Shown: piece after piece, positions 38,381-48,386 of the stretch
How positions within the stretch are numbered: the stretch's first letter is position 1
Layout of the letters: every line of letters begins with the position of its first letter
Source of the DNA: an uncultured delta proteobacterium
Lineage (GTDB): Bacteria > Myxococcota_A > Polyangia > Polyangiales > Polyangiaceae
Assembly (NCBI GenBank): GCA_963716725.1
Contig: CAVQUB010000013.1
Coordinates: 320,001 to 384,000 of the forward strand
DNA: 64,000 nucleotides
Direction: 5' to 3'
The notes under the pieces: generated by a model
Told to the model about the DNA's origin: nothing
The model's database searches: none
The model's input: only the letters and a program-made list of their open reading frames with translations
Made by a program: the position numbers and the translations under genes

Positions 38381-38471
38381 CTCGAGGGCCCTCCCTAGCA
38401 CGCGCCTCCCCTCATCGGGAGTTGGTCGAGGGCGCATGGCCAGGAGCGAAGGGGCGAGTATATTGCCGGCC

Positions 38472-40229
38472 ATGCACGTGGGCCTCGTGACACCGCCAGG
38501 CGTTCTCGGCCAGTTCGTGGCTCGAGCCGTCGAGCCCGCGGGACACTCCCTGACCGTGGCGCCGGACCTCGAGGCGCTGTCGGAGCAGGCAGAAAACAAG
38601 CTTGATGTGGTGCTCTTCGCTCCCGTCGTGGCCGGGATCCCAGCCAGCTGCGCGCTCTCGGCGGCGACAGCCGCGGGCATCGCTCCCGAGCGCGCGGTCT
38701 ACCTCGGGCTCGACGTCACCGCCTGTGAAGAGGCTCAGCGCGCCGGGTTCTTCCGCGCACTGTCCATCCCCTTTCAGACCCAAGAACTGCTGGCGACCAT
38801 CGAAGACAGCGCACGAGGCAAGCTGATCGTGCTCTTGGCCGACGACAGCGATCTGATCCACAAACACACGGTGCCGCTGCTGACCGCCGCGGGCTACGAC
38901 GTGCGCGAAGCCTGGGATGGGGAGGAAGCGCTGTCGATGATTCGCGCGAGGAAGCCGGACCTGCTCTTGACCGACGTCGAGATGCCAAAGATGGACGGCT
39001 ACTCGCTGTGTCGGACCGTGAAATCCGACGACGCTCTCGCCGACTTGCCGGTGGTGATCTGCTCGAGCCTGGGCGAGACCGCGGATCTCGAGCGCGGCTT
39101 CGACGCTGGAGCCGACGAGTATTTGGTCAAACCCGTGGTTCCGGAGGAGCTCGTGAGCCGCCTGCACTCGCTGCTAGCGACACGCATGGTGAGCGCCCGC
39201 GAGCAGGTGCTGGTGGTGGACGACTCCGCCGCAATTCGACACTTGGTCGCCGATTGCCTGCGACGCCAGGGCTTTCGCGTGGAGACCGCCGTGGACGGGC
39301 AGAACGGTTTGGACAAGGCCACGGCGACGACGCCAGACCTGGTGCTCACCGACTACGACATGCCGCGCATGACTGGCTTTCAGCTGGTGCACGCGCTTCG
39401 GCGCGACACCAAGACGCGCGACGTGCCCATTGTCATGCTGACAGCGAGAGACACCAAGCGCGACCAAGCGCAGATGCGCGCGGCGGGCCTCACCAGCTAC
39501 CTGGTGAAGCCCTTTGGCACGGACAAGTGCATCGCGATCGTGGAACGGGTCTTGGCGGAGGCGCGCCTCTCCCGCTACAAAGAAGCCTCGCGGCTCTACA
39601 TCAGCGAGGGGGCGATGAAGGCCGCCGAAGAGATGAGCCGCGCGACGGGGGGGTTCGGCGAGGCCCGAGCCAAGGAGGTCGACGCGACGCTGCTCTTCAG
39701 CGACATCTCCGGCTTCACCAACATGAGCTCGAAGATGTCCCCCGCCGAGGTCGTGTCGATCTTGAACGCTTCCTTCGACGCCTTGTGCGTCGTGATCAAG
39801 GAGCAAGGTGGAGACATCGACAAGTTCATCGGCGACGCGATCATGGCGGTCTTCGAAGATCGCCCCGAACTCGACGAACAACACGCGCTGCGGGCCGCCC
39901 GCGCGGCCTGGGGAATGCAGCAAGCACTGGGGCGTTTCAACCAAGGCACGGATCATCGCTTGACCATGCGGATCGGCCTGAACTGCGGGAAGATCGTGCG
40001 CGGCGACATCGGGTCGCGCCACGTCCGCCGCGACTACACCTGCATCGGCGACGTCGTGAACCGCGCCCAGCGGCACGAAGGCAAGGCTCCGCTCGGTGGC
40101 GTGCTCCTGAGCGTCTCGGTATACGAGCGCATTCAGCAGCACGTCCGCGTCAGCGAGGTGACCGGGCTCACGTTCAAGGGCATCGACGAGCCGCAGAGCG
40201 CGTACGTGCTCGAGGGATTCCTAGAATGA
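38472..40229 (+). CDS. Multi-receiver class III adenylate cyclase (pseudo-REC, REC, REC, cyclase)
   Basis: LADD..TDVEMPKMDG..YLVKP; VVDD..TDYDMPRMTG..YLVKP; FSDISGFT, DKFIGD, GDVVNRAQR. Confidence 0.92.
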   Translation: MHVGLVTPPGVLGQFVARAVEPAGHSLTVAPDLEALSEQAENKLDVVLFAPVVAGIPASCALSAATAAGIAPERAVYLGLDVTACEEAQRAGFFRALSIPFQTQELLATIEDSARGKLIVLLADDSDLIHKHTVPLLTAAGYDVREAWDGEEALSMIRARKPDLLLTDVEMPKMDGYSLCRTVKSDDALADLPVVICSSLGETADLERGFDAGADEYLVKPVVPEELVSRLHSLLATRMVSAREQVLVVDDSAAIRHLVADCLRRQGFRVETAVDGQNGLDKATATTPDLVLTDYDMPRMTGFQLVHALRRDTKTRDVPIVMLTARDTKRDQAQMRAAGLTSYLVKPFGTDKCIAIVERVLAEARLSRYKEASRLYISEGAMKAAEEMSRATGGFGEARAKEVDATLLFSDISGFTNMSSKMSPAEVVSILNASFDALCVVIKEQGGDIDKFIGDAIMAVFEDRPELDEQHALRAARAAWGMQQALGRFNQGTDHRLTMRIGLNCGKIVRGDIGSRHVRRDYTCIGDVVNRAQRHEGKAPLGGVLLSVSVYERIQQHVRVSEVTGLTFKGIDEPQSAYVLEGFLE

Positions 40230-40849
40230 ACAAATCCATCCCCATCGTCTCGGTGTTTCTGACCGCCGCCGTCGGCCTCTTGGTCGGAGCGCGCCCCAGC
40301 GTCGCACAGGAAGCCAGTCGCTATCCCTACGACCCCGTCTGCGCCTGGGGCCGAGTCTCCAACGGTAGGGGCATGCTGGTGCGGTGCCTCAGCGAGGGCG
40401 AAGCCCGCGCGTTGCCCGCGAAGCTCGCAGGACCCAGCCTTCCTCCGGCGCCTTCCGCCAGCGCCCCGCCAGCGCCGTCAGGCAGCGCAGCGCCTGCCGT
40501 CCCCGTGGTCGATCCGCAGAAGGCCTTCTCCCTGGTGAGCATCGCGGTCGCCGCTGACACGGGCAACTTGCCCGCCGCCGCCAAGAAGCTGGCGCTCGGC
40601 AAGGAGAAGTTCCTCGAGTGCCTGGGCAAGCACGGTGGACTCGACAAACCCGAAGGCGAAGTCCATGTGCGTTTCTTGGTGAGCGCCCGGGGGCGCGCCG
40701 AGGGCGTCTCGGTGCACAAGCGCGTCGGAATGAGCGACGGCGCGGCGACCTGCATCGCGCACGTCGTCGATCGGCGCGCGGTCGGCAATCCGGCCGCGAC
40801 CATGGTCGGCGCCACCGCGCTGATCCGCGTCTCGAAGCAAAAGAGCTGA
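40226..40849 (+). CDS. Secreted hypothetical protein with Pro linker and TonB-C/AgmX-like C-terminal domain
   Basis: Signal peptide ending SVA-Q; C..KHG...GEVHVRFLV..RG....V...C pattern. ATG overlaps the cyclase stop. Confidence 0.65.
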   Translation: MNKSIPIVSVFLTAAVGLLVGARPSVAQEASRYPYDPVCAWGRVSNGRGMLVRCLSEGEARALPAKLAGPSLPPAPSASAPPAPSGSAAPAVPVVDPQKAFSLVSIAVAADTGNLPAAAKKLALGKEKFLECLGKHGGLDKPEGEVHVRFLVSARGRAEGVSVHKRVGMSDGAATCIAHVVDRRAVGNPAATMVGATALIRVSKQKS

Positions 40850-40889
40850 TCGCGGGCCACCCGCTGGGGAAATGCACTAGGGTGCCCGG

Positions 40890-41951
40890 GTGAGCCAACG
40901 CTTACGCGTGCTGGTCGTCGATGACTCCGCCTTCATGCGCGGCGCCATCAGCCGAGTGCTCTCGAGCGACTCCCGCTTCGAGGTTGCCGGGCAGGCGAAA
41001 GACGGCGAAGAGGCCGTGAAGCTGGCGGTCGAGCTCCGACCGGACGTCATCAGCATGGACTTCAACATGCCAGGGCTCAACGGCGCCGAGGCGACGCGCG
41101 CCATTCTGGCCCGGCAGCCGACCCCGATCGTGATGCTCAGCGCACACACGAGCGCCGGAGCGGCGGCCACCGTGCAAGCCCTGGCCGCCGGGGCCGTAGA
41201 TTTCGTCGAGAAGCCGGACGGAGAAGTCAGCGCCAACCTGAGCGCCATCCGGGAGTCGCTGGTCGAAAAGCTGCTCTCCGCCGCCGGGGCCAACGTGCGA
41301 GGGCCGATGACGGTGGTCGACGTCGCGTCGAGCGAACCGCCGATGTCTCGCCGAGCACCCCGCTCGTCTTCCAAACCGATGCCGGCAGGTCTGCGCGTGA
41401 TCGTGATCGCGAGCTCCACCGGCGGTCCGGCGGCGCTGGTGCGGGTACTCCCCGAGATCACGGCGCTGACGAAGGCCGCCGTAATCGTGGTCCAGCACAT
41501 GTCCGCGGGCTTCACCTTGGCGCTCGCCAATCAGCTCGCCGAGCAGTCGGGCTATCCAGTGCACGAGGCCAAGGCCGGCGACGAGCTCGCGGCCGGGAGC
41601 GCCTGGGTCGCACCCGGAGGCTTCCACCTCGTGCTCGAGCGCAACGGCACCGTTTCACTGAGCGAAGCGCCGCCGCTCCATGGTGTGCGGCCGGCGGCCG
41701 ACGTGACCTTCAAAAGCGCAGCTCAGGTCTACGGCGCACGCGCGGTGGGCGTGGTGCTCACGGGAATGGGCCGCGACGGCGCGCTGGGTCTCGCCGCGAT
41801 CAAGGCCGGTGGCGGTCGAACGGTGGCCCAAGACAAAGCCACCTGCACGGTGTATGGCATGCCGAAAGCCGCCGTGGAGATGGGTGTCGTCGATGAGGTC
41901 TTGCCATTGGACCAAATCGGACGAAGCGTGACCCGACTCGTGAGCTCGTGA
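40890..41951 (+). CDS. cheB: Chemotaxis response regulator protein-glutamate methylesterase CheB
   Basis: REC (VVDDSAFMR, MDFNMP) plus SSTGGP, VQHM, LTGMGRDG, VYGMPKAA. Confidence 0.95.
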   Translation: MSQRLRVLVVDDSAFMRGAISRVLSSDSRFEVAGQAKDGEEAVKLAVELRPDVISMDFNMPGLNGAEATRAILARQPTPIVMLSAHTSAGAAATVQALAAGAVDFVEKPDGEVSANLSAIRESLVEKLLSAAGANVRGPMTVVDVASSEPPMSRRAPRSSSKPMPAGLRVIVIASSTGGPAALVRVLPEITALTKAAVIVVQHMSAGFTLALANQLAEQSGYPVHEAKAGDELAAGSAWVAPGGFHLVLERNGTVSLSEAPPLHGVRPAADVTFKSAAQVYGARAVGVVLTGMGRDGALGLAAIKAGGGRTVAQDKATCTVYGMPKAAVEMGVVDEVLPLDQIGRSVTRLVSS

Positions 41952-43789
41952 CGACGACCGACAGAAGCGAAGAGTACCGAACGCGTGCCGCACGCTTCGG
42001 GACCGAGGCCGACCGCCTGGCGGGTCGGTCAAGGCTCGTATCCAACCTGCGCGGCCTGTCCTTTGGGTTGGCGGTCGTCTCCGGGATCGTGGCGGCGACG
42101 GGGCGAGCCGTGACCCTGAGCGGCGCGCTGGCGGCTATCGGGCTCGGCGCTTTCCTGGTGCTGCTCGTGATCCACTCCCGGGTCATCGCCGCAGAAGACA
42201 CGGCCAAGCGCTGGGCGCGCGTGAACTTCGACGGAGTCCGGCGGGTCACCGGGAAGTGGCGCGAGCTCGTGGAGAACGGCTCGAGGTTCCAGGACCCCGC
42301 CCACGCCTATTCGGGGGACATCGATCTGTTCGGCCCGGGCTCTCTCTTCCATCGCCTGTCCGTCGCGCACACCCGCTACGGTCAAGAAGCGCTCGCACGC
42401 TTTCTCACGAACCCGGAGACGCGAGACTCCATCCTCGAGCGGCAGAACGCAGTACGCGCCCTCGGCCCCGAGCTCGAGACTCGCCAAGAGCTGGAAGCGT
42501 TGGGGCTGGGAGCCACCGAGCCGGACGGCAAGGCCCGCGCCGCCCGGCCGGCACCCGATCCCGAACCGCTCCTGGCGTGGGCGGAGAGCACGCCCACGCT
42601 GGGCAAGAAGACCGCGATCGTCTGGGCCGCCCGCGTGCTGCCGCTGCTCTCGGTCGCGGGCATGGTCGGCAGCGCCTGGTTCGGGCTGCCTGCATTGGCT
42701 TGGGGGGTTCCCATCGCGCTGTCCGTGCTGCTGAACCTCACGACCCGCACTGAGACAACGCGGGTATTCGCCGCGGTGTCGAGCACGGAAGGAGCGTTCT
42801 TGCGCTATGGCGCCATGCTCGCGCTGCTCGAGAAGCTCGATCTGCCGAGCCCGCTGCTCCGGTCGATGAAGCAGCAAATCGCCGAGAGTGGGCAGTTGCC
42901 GTCGGTGGCCATGGCCGATTTTCGGCGCGCCGTCAGCTGGTACGATCTGCGTCACAACGGACTGATCCATCCCTTTGCAAACACCATCTTGCTCTGGGAC
43001 ATCCACTGCACCTTGCTGCTCGAGCGCTGGCAGGGCCGGGCCGGCAAGGCCGCTCGCGGCTGGTTTCGGGCGTTGGGTGAGATCGAGGCGCTCTCGTCCT
43101 TTGCAGGCTTTCTGTACGACGACCCCGGCGCCACGTTCCCCGAGCTCTGTGAAGAACCCGCGGTCTTCGAGGCGGAGGCTTTGGCGCACCCGCTGCTCGG
43201 TCCGGGCACACGCGTCGCCAACGACCTCTCGCTGCCCGGTCCCGGGCGCGCGCTCCTGGTGACCGGATCGAATATGAGCGGAAAGAGCACGATGCTGCGC
43301 TCCATGGGGCTCGCCGCCGTGATGACCATGGCGGGTGCTCCGGTGGTGGCGAAGCGCCTCCGCTCGAGCTTGCTCGCGGTGCGCACCAGCATGCGGATCA
43401 GCGATTCGCTCGAGCAAGGCGTCAGCCACTTCTACGCCGAAGTGCGCAAGATGAAGGTCGTGCTCGACGCGACTCAGGGAGAGCTCCCGGTGTTCTTCCT
43501 TCTCGACGAGGTGTTGCACGGCACCAACTCGCGCGAACGACAGATCGGCGCGCGCTGGCTGCTCGGAGAGCTGATCGCGCGCGGCGCGGTCGGAGCGGTG
43601 TCGACGCACGACATGGAGCTTTGTCGCCTGCCCGAAGATCTGATGAAACACGTGGAGCAGGTGCACTTCCAGGAGAACGTCGCGGGCGGAGAGATGAACT
43701 TCGACTACAAGCTTCGCCCGGGCCCCGTGACCGCGGGCAACGCCCTCAGATTGATGAAGATCGTGGGGCTCGACGTGCCCCTGGAGTAG
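41948..43789 (+). CDS. Membrane-anchored MutS domain V (ATPase) family protein
   Basis: TM segments; TGSNMSGKST Walker A, SHFYAE, LLDEVLHGTNS, STHD; no mismatch-binding domain. Confidence 0.9.
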   Translation: MTTTDRSEEYRTRAARFGTEADRLAGRSRLVSNLRGLSFGLAVVSGIVAATGRAVTLSGALAAIGLGAFLVLLVIHSRVIAAEDTAKRWARVNFDGVRRVTGKWRELVENGSRFQDPAHAYSGDIDLFGPGSLFHRLSVAHTRYGQEALARFLTNPETRDSILERQNAVRALGPELETRQELEALGLGATEPDGKARAARPAPDPEPLLAWAESTPTLGKKTAIVWAARVLPLLSVAGMVGSAWFGLPALAWGVPIALSVLLNLTTRTETTRVFAAVSSTEGAFLRYGAMLALLEKLDLPSPLLRSMKQQIAESGQLPSVAMADFRRAVSWYDLRHNGLIHPFANTILLWDIHCTLLLERWQGRAGKAARGWFRALGEIEALSSFAGFLYDDPGATFPELCEEPAVFEAEALAHPLLGPGTRVANDLSLPGPGRALLVTGSNMSGKSTMLRSMGLAAVMTMAGAPVVAKRLRSSLLAVRTSMRISDSLEQGVSHFYAEVRKMKVVLDATQGELPVFFLLDEVLHGTNSRERQIGARWLLGELIARGAVGAVSTHDMELCRLPEDLMKHVEQVHFQENVAGGEMNFDYKLRPGPVTAGNALRLMKIVGLDVPLE

Positions 43790-43814
43790 GCTCGTGGGTG
43801 GTGCGGTCCTTGAT

Positions 43815-44327
43815 TCAAATCTGGACCACCGGAAAGTCGAAGCGCACGATCACTCGGTCTTGCAGCCGGATGGCGCCGAACAGCGCCTTGTAGGGCTGAA
43901 TGCCCCAGCGGGTCGGAACCAGCTCGGCCTCGCCGCGCCAGTGTCCGTCGGTCTCCCGTGCGGTCGCCGTGATGTCTTGGGTCTTCCCTACCAGCGTCAG
44001 CTTGCCCACGACGCTGTATCCGCCAGCGCCGCGGGTCGCTTCGCCGGCGAATTTGGCGTCCGGAAAGTCGCCCGTGCGGAGGATCTTCTTCTGGACGTTC
44101 GCGTTGATGTCGAGCCGATCGCTCTCGGAAATCCCGTGGGCGTCGAGCACGCCGCCCTTCATCGCGCCCTCCACGGACAGCGACGTCAGCGCGAAGCTGC
44201 CCTCGATGCGCGCGCCGTCGGTCTCGAGATGAAACTGACGCAGCTCGAGCAACAGGTCGTGGGCGACCTTCGACAGCAGGCCGTCTTTGAAGGTCAGGAC
44301 CTCGATGCGACCGGAAACGGGCTTCAT
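43815..44327 (-). CDS. YceI family lipid/polyisoprenoid-binding protein
   Basis: GLLSKVAHDL, FPDAKF, GKLTLVG, WGIQPY..LFGA pattern. Confidence 0.8.
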   Translation of the reverse strand: MKPVSGRIEVLTFKDGLLSKVAHDLLLELRQFHLETDGARIEGSFALTSLSVEGAMKGGVLDAHGISESDRLDINANVQKKILRTGDFPDAKFAGEATRGAGGYSVVGKLTLVGKTQDITATARETDGHWRGEAELVPTRWGIQPYKALFGAIRLQDRVIVRFDFPVVQI

Positions 44328-44451
44328 CGCGCCGGTTTAGCCGCGGATGGCGCAGAGCGTAAGGGCTGTCGGCGCGCGGAATCTCGAATCACCCTTGCCC
44401 CTGGCCCAGAAGCGGCTAGCGTATGTGTGATTTTCAGCAGTTAGCTCCGCC

Positions 44452-45348
44452 GTGAGCGAGTTCGACGAAAAAACCCGGGTAACTCAGGTGGTCCAGCGGC
44501 CGTCGCCGGAGGAGAGCTCCGGCAACGACTGCGTGGTCGTGATCTACACGAAGGAACCGGGGCTGCTCGGGAAGCGGTTCGTGCTCGACCGCAACGAGAT
44601 CGGCATCGGGCGCGGCGCCGACAACATGATCGTGCTCGACGGTGACTCGGTCTCGCGCCGGCACGCCCAAATCGAACGCCGCAACAGCCGCTGGTTCATC
44701 GTGGACCACGGCTCGACCAACGGGACCTACCTCAACGAGGAGCAAATCGTCCGCGAAGCTCCCCTGAACAACAGCGATCGCCTCAAGGTCGGACCGACCA
44801 TTCTCAAATTTCTGTCGGGCGCCGACGCCGAGGCCAAATACCACGAAGAGATCTACCGCATGACCATCGTCGATGGTCTGACGCAGATCCACAACAAGCG
44901 GTACCTCTACGAGGCCCTCGAACGAGAAGTACTGCGCGCCCGCCGCCATGGCCGACCGCTCAGCATCCTGATGTTCGACATCGATTTCTTCAAACGCGTC
45001 AACGATCAGTACGGACACCTCGCTGGGGACTACGTGCTGCGCGAGTTGGCGAGGGTGGTACAATCTCGGATCCGACGCGACGAGGTCTTCGCTCGCTACG
45101 GCGGGGAAGAATTCGTGATCGCGCTGCCCGAGACGCCGCTGGAGGGAGCGGCTTCGCTGGCCCAGAATCTTCGCGCGCGCGTGGCGGAGCACACCTTCAT
45201 CTTCCAAGGTGAAAGCATCCCCGTCACCGTGAGCATCGGCGCCGCGGTCCTGAGCCCGGAGGACAAGACCGCGACGGATCTGGTCCAGCGCGCCGACGAA
45301 AAGTTGTACGAAGCGAAGCGCGGCGGCCGCAATCGGGTCTGCCACTGA
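44452..45348 (+). CDS. FHA-domain diguanylate cyclase
   Basis: FHA (IGRG, SRRHA, STNGT) plus DGLT, DIDFFKRVNDQYGHLAGD, RYGGEEF. Confidence 0.95.
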   Translation: MSEFDEKTRVTQVVQRPSPEESSGNDCVVVIYTKEPGLLGKRFVLDRNEIGIGRGADNMIVLDGDSVSRRHAQIERRNSRWFIVDHGSTNGTYLNEEQIVREAPLNNSDRLKVGPTILKFLSGADAEAKYHEEIYRMTIVDGLTQIHNKRYLYEALEREVLRARRHGRPLSILMFDIDFFKRVNDQYGHLAGDYVLRELARVVQSRIRRDEVFARYGGEEFVIALPETPLEGAASLAQNLRARVAEHTFIFQGESIPVTVSIGAAVLSPEDKTATDLVQRADEKLYEAKRGGRNRVCH

Positions 45349-45375
45349 CGCGAGGCTCGCCGCGAGCCGCCGACC

Positions 45376-46704
45376 ATGAGCTTCAGCGAGTTCCCTCCGC
45401 CCCCCGAGCTCGATCCGGGGCAGGATCTGCCGCACCTGCGCGTGCCCCCGCCGGGCCCGGCGTCGCGATCGTGGCTGGTGCGCTACGCGCACTCGGCGGC
45501 GCCCATGGGCCCGAAGCGCATGCCGGGGCAGCGCGCTTCGACGGTGGTGTTCGCTCGAGGCCTTGGCTGCAACATGATCGATGTCGACGGCAACCGCTAC
45601 GTGGACCTGGCGGCCGGGTTCGGCGCGCTCTTGTTGGGCCACTCGCCTCCGGCTATCCGCCGCGTGCTCGAGCTGCAGGCCAATCGCCTGTGGCAAGCCC
45701 TGGGCGACGTGCACCCCGCCGATGCCCGCGTCGCGCTCACTGAGCGCCTCGCGCGGCTGCATCCGAGCGGCGACGCCCAGGTCGTGCTCGGACAGTCGGG
45801 CGCCGACGCCATCACTGCCGCGCTCAAGACCGCCGCGCTCTTCACCGGCAAGGCGGGGGTGCTCGCTTTCAGCGGCGCGTATCACGGTCTGTCCTACGGA
45901 CCGCTCGCTGCGCTGGGGCTGCGTGATAGCTATCGTGCCCCCTTCTCGGCACAGCTCAATCCGTCCGTCCGTTTCGTGCCCTACCCTCACGACGAAGCCT
46001 CGCTCGACGCATCGATCGAACGCGCTCGCTTCGAGCTGGCTCGAGGTGACGTGGGAGCGGTGATCGTCGAGCCGATCTTGGGGCGCGGCGGCTGTGTCGT
46101 GCCTCCACCTGCGTTCATGGAACAGCTCGCCACGCTGGCGCGGGGGGCGTCGGCGCTGCTGATCGCGGATGAGATTTGGACCGGACTGGGGCGATGCGGG
46201 GCGTGGCTTCGTTCGTCCCGCGATGGTGTCATCGCCGACGTGATTTGCCTGGGCAAGGGCCTGGGCGGGGGCTTGCCCATCAGCGCGTGCATCGGCCGGC
46301 GGGAGGTGATGGCGGCCTGGTCTCGCGACGATGAAGTCGTCCACACCTCCACCTTTGCGGGCGCGCCCTTGGCTTGCGCCACGGCGCTCGCCACTCTGGA
46401 CGCGCTGTCGCGTGATCACCTGCCAGAGCGCGCCGCCGCCGTCGGGGAGCGCTTCGCCCATCGCCTGGCCGAGGTCGGAGTGAAAGTGCGGGGCGCGGGG
46501 CTGATGTTGGGCATCGAACTCGGAGGTCAGCCCGGCGCCGCCGTGAAGCTCGGGAAACGCCTGCTCGCCGCGGGCTACCTCACGAGCACCGGCGGCGGCG
46601 CGCGAGAGACGCTGGTTCTGACTCCTCCGCTCGTCATCGCCGAGACGTTGCTCGACGCCTTCGCCTCGGAGCTCGCGCTCTGCGCACCGGGGCTGCTTTC
46701 GTGA
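45376..46704 (+). CDS. Class III PLP-dependent aminotransferase
   Basis: DVDGNRYVD, SGADA, AYHG, IVEPILGRGG, ADEIWTGLGR, GKGLGGG (PLP Lys), STFAG. Confidence 0.93.
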   Translation: MSFSEFPPPPELDPGQDLPHLRVPPPGPASRSWLVRYAHSAAPMGPKRMPGQRASTVVFARGLGCNMIDVDGNRYVDLAAGFGALLLGHSPPAIRRVLELQANRLWQALGDVHPADARVALTERLARLHPSGDAQVVLGQSGADAITAALKTAALFTGKAGVLAFSGAYHGLSYGPLAALGLRDSYRAPFSAQLNPSVRFVPYPHDEASLDASIERARFELARGDVGAVIVEPILGRGGCVVPPPAFMEQLATLARGASALLIADEIWTGLGRCGAWLRSSRDGVIADVICLGKGLGGGLPISACIGRREVMAAWSRDDEVVHTSTFAGAPLACATALATLDALSRDHLPERAAAVGERFAHRLAEVGVKVRGAGLMLGIELGGQPGAAVKLGKRLLAAGYLTSTGGGARETLVLTPPLVIAETLLDAFASELALCAPGLLS

Positions 46705-47798
46705 GCCTAACGGACGAGTCCGACGCGCTGCACGCGCGTGTGCGCGCCTTCGCTCGGGGTCAGAGCCACGAAGGCTTCGACGCCCTCGCCCTCGAGATCG
46801 CGCAGTTTCAACGGCGGTGGTCGGCGGGCTTTCGGCGTCTGTGCGCGGCGCACGGCGGCTTCTCGAACGTCGACGAGATCCCTGCCGTTCCCAGCGATGC
46901 CTTTCGACTGGCTCGCGTCGCCGTGCACCCGCCCCAGCTCGACGTCGCGCGCTTCATGACCAGCGGCACGAGTGGCAGCAATCGCGGCGTCCACGCGCTG
47001 CGCACTCTCGAGACCTACTCGGAGGTCGCCCGCGCCTGGGGTTCGCGAGGGCTGTGCTCGCCGAAACAGCCGACACGCGTCGTGCTCGCGTTGGCTGAAG
47101 ACCCCGGTGATCCCGGCGAGTCGTCCCTCGGCCACATGATGCGCCTGTTCATGGGCTCCTTCGATGGGCGCGCGCGCGACGCTTGGCTGATAGGAGACGG
47201 CCGGGTGCGCCTGGAGGCCTGCGACCGCGCCCTGGGCGAGGCCCGCGCTCTCGGCGAGCCGCTCTTGGTCTTGGCCCCGGCCTTCGCCCTGGTTGCGCTG
47301 CTCGAAGCCCTGAACGGCCGGGTGATCGAGGCCCCGGCAGGCACGGTGGTGATGCAGACGGGCGGCTTCAAGGGACGCACGCGTGAGCTCGATCCGAATA
47401 CGCTGCGCGCCGAGGTCGCGCGAACGTTCTGCATTCCACCCGAGCAAGTCGTGGGCGAGTACGGCATGACCGAACTCTCGAGCCAGCTCTACGAGGGCAC
47501 GCTGCCGGGAGGTGAGCTCGCGGCGGAGCCGGGCGTGTACTTGCCGCCGCCGTGGCTCCGCGTCAGCGCCGTCGATCCGCTCACCTTGACCGAGGTCCCC
47601 GCAGGCGAGACGGGCCTCGCACGCTTCGTGGATCTCGCCAACGTCGACGGCGCGGTCGCCGTGCTCACCCAAGACCTCGTGCGCCGACGTGGCGAGGGCA
47701 TCGAGCTCGTCGGTCGCAAGCCGGGCGCGCCGCCACGCGGTTGCTCACTCGCCATCGAGGCGATGCTGAGTCAGCCCGTGAGCTGCTCGGACAAGTAG
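46701..47798 (+). CDS. LuxE-like acyl-protein synthetase
   Basis: FMTSGTSG, QTGGFKG, EYGMTELSSQ, TQDL, C-terminal RGCS; GTG overlaps the aminotransferase stop. Confidence 0.88.
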   Translation: MSLTDESDALHARVRAFARGQSHEGFDALALEIAQFQRRWSAGFRRLCAAHGGFSNVDEIPAVPSDAFRLARVAVHPPQLDVARFMTSGTSGSNRGVHALRTLETYSEVARAWGSRGLCSPKQPTRVVLALAEDPGDPGESSLGHMMRLFMGSFDGRARDAWLIGDGRVRLEACDRALGEARALGEPLLVLAPAFALVALLEALNGRVIEAPAGTVVMQTGGFKGRTRELDPNTLRAEVARTFCIPPEQVVGEYGMTELSSQLYEGTLPGGELAAEPGVYLPPPWLRVSAVDPLTLTEVPAGETGLARFVDLANVDGAVAVLTQDLVRRRGEGIELVGRKPGAPPRGCSLAIEAMLSQPVSCSDK

Positions 47799-48241
47799 AG
47801 CTCTTTTCCGATCTGGCGAGCAGCGTGCAGCTGCGCTTCGAGCCAGTCGATAGACTCTTCTTCTTCTTTCAAGATGGCCGCCAGAAGCTCACGTGTTCCG
47901 TGGTCGCCTTTGGCCACGCAGAGCGCGATGCCTTTGTTCAGGCGGGCCCGCGCCTCGACCTCGACGGCGAGATCGAGCTCGTGCTGCTCGATGGGATCTT
48001 CGCCGACGCGCACCGGGTACAAGCGCTGCATATTCGGGGTGCCGTCCAAGAACAGGATGCGTTCGATCACGGTGTCGGCATGCCGCATCTCTTCGATCGA
48101 CTCCTCGCGCTTCTTCTTGGCCAGCCGCGGATAGCCCCAGTTGCCGCACATCTTGGCGTGCACGAAGTACTGGTTGATGGCGGTCAGCTCTGCGCTGAGC
48201 AGGTCGTTCAAGAGCTCGATGACTTCGGGGTCGCCTTTCAC
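47771..48241 (-). CDS. bfr: Bacterioferritin
   Basis: KGDPEVI..LN..L..ELTAINQYFVH, ESIEEMRHA..IERILFLDG.PN, IDWLE; GGAGG RBS before GTG 48241. Confidence 0.95.
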   Translation of the reverse strand: MKGDPEVIELLNDLLSAELTAINQYFVHAKMCGNWGYPRLAKKKREESIEEMRHADTVIERILFLDGTPNMQRLYPVRVGEDPIEQHELDLAVEVEARARLNKGIALCVAKGDHGTRELLAAILKEEEESIDWLEAQLHAARQIGKELYLSEQLTG

Positions 48242-48338
48242 GCATTCCTCCAGGGGCGGAGCGTAGTGTCCCCGACCTCCAATGCGTACCGCCAATCCGA
48301 CGGGGCAAAATCACCTGGAAAATGGGGCCTGTCATTTT

Positions 48339-48357
48339 GATATTGAAAGTCATTTTC
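48339..48357. promoter_or_regulatory. Fur-box-like operator between divergent bfr and bfd
   Basis: GATATTGAAAGTCATTTTC matches 15/19 of GATAATGATAATCATTATC, in an AT-rich patch 30 bp before bfd. Confidence 0.75.
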
Positions 48358-48386
48358 ATCTGGCTAGACTGAGCCTCGGAGGTCAC

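Noticed and set aside
41948..43789. Canonical mismatch-repair mutS
   Set aside because: Only the ATPase domain plus TM segments is present; mismatch-binding and clamp domains are absent.
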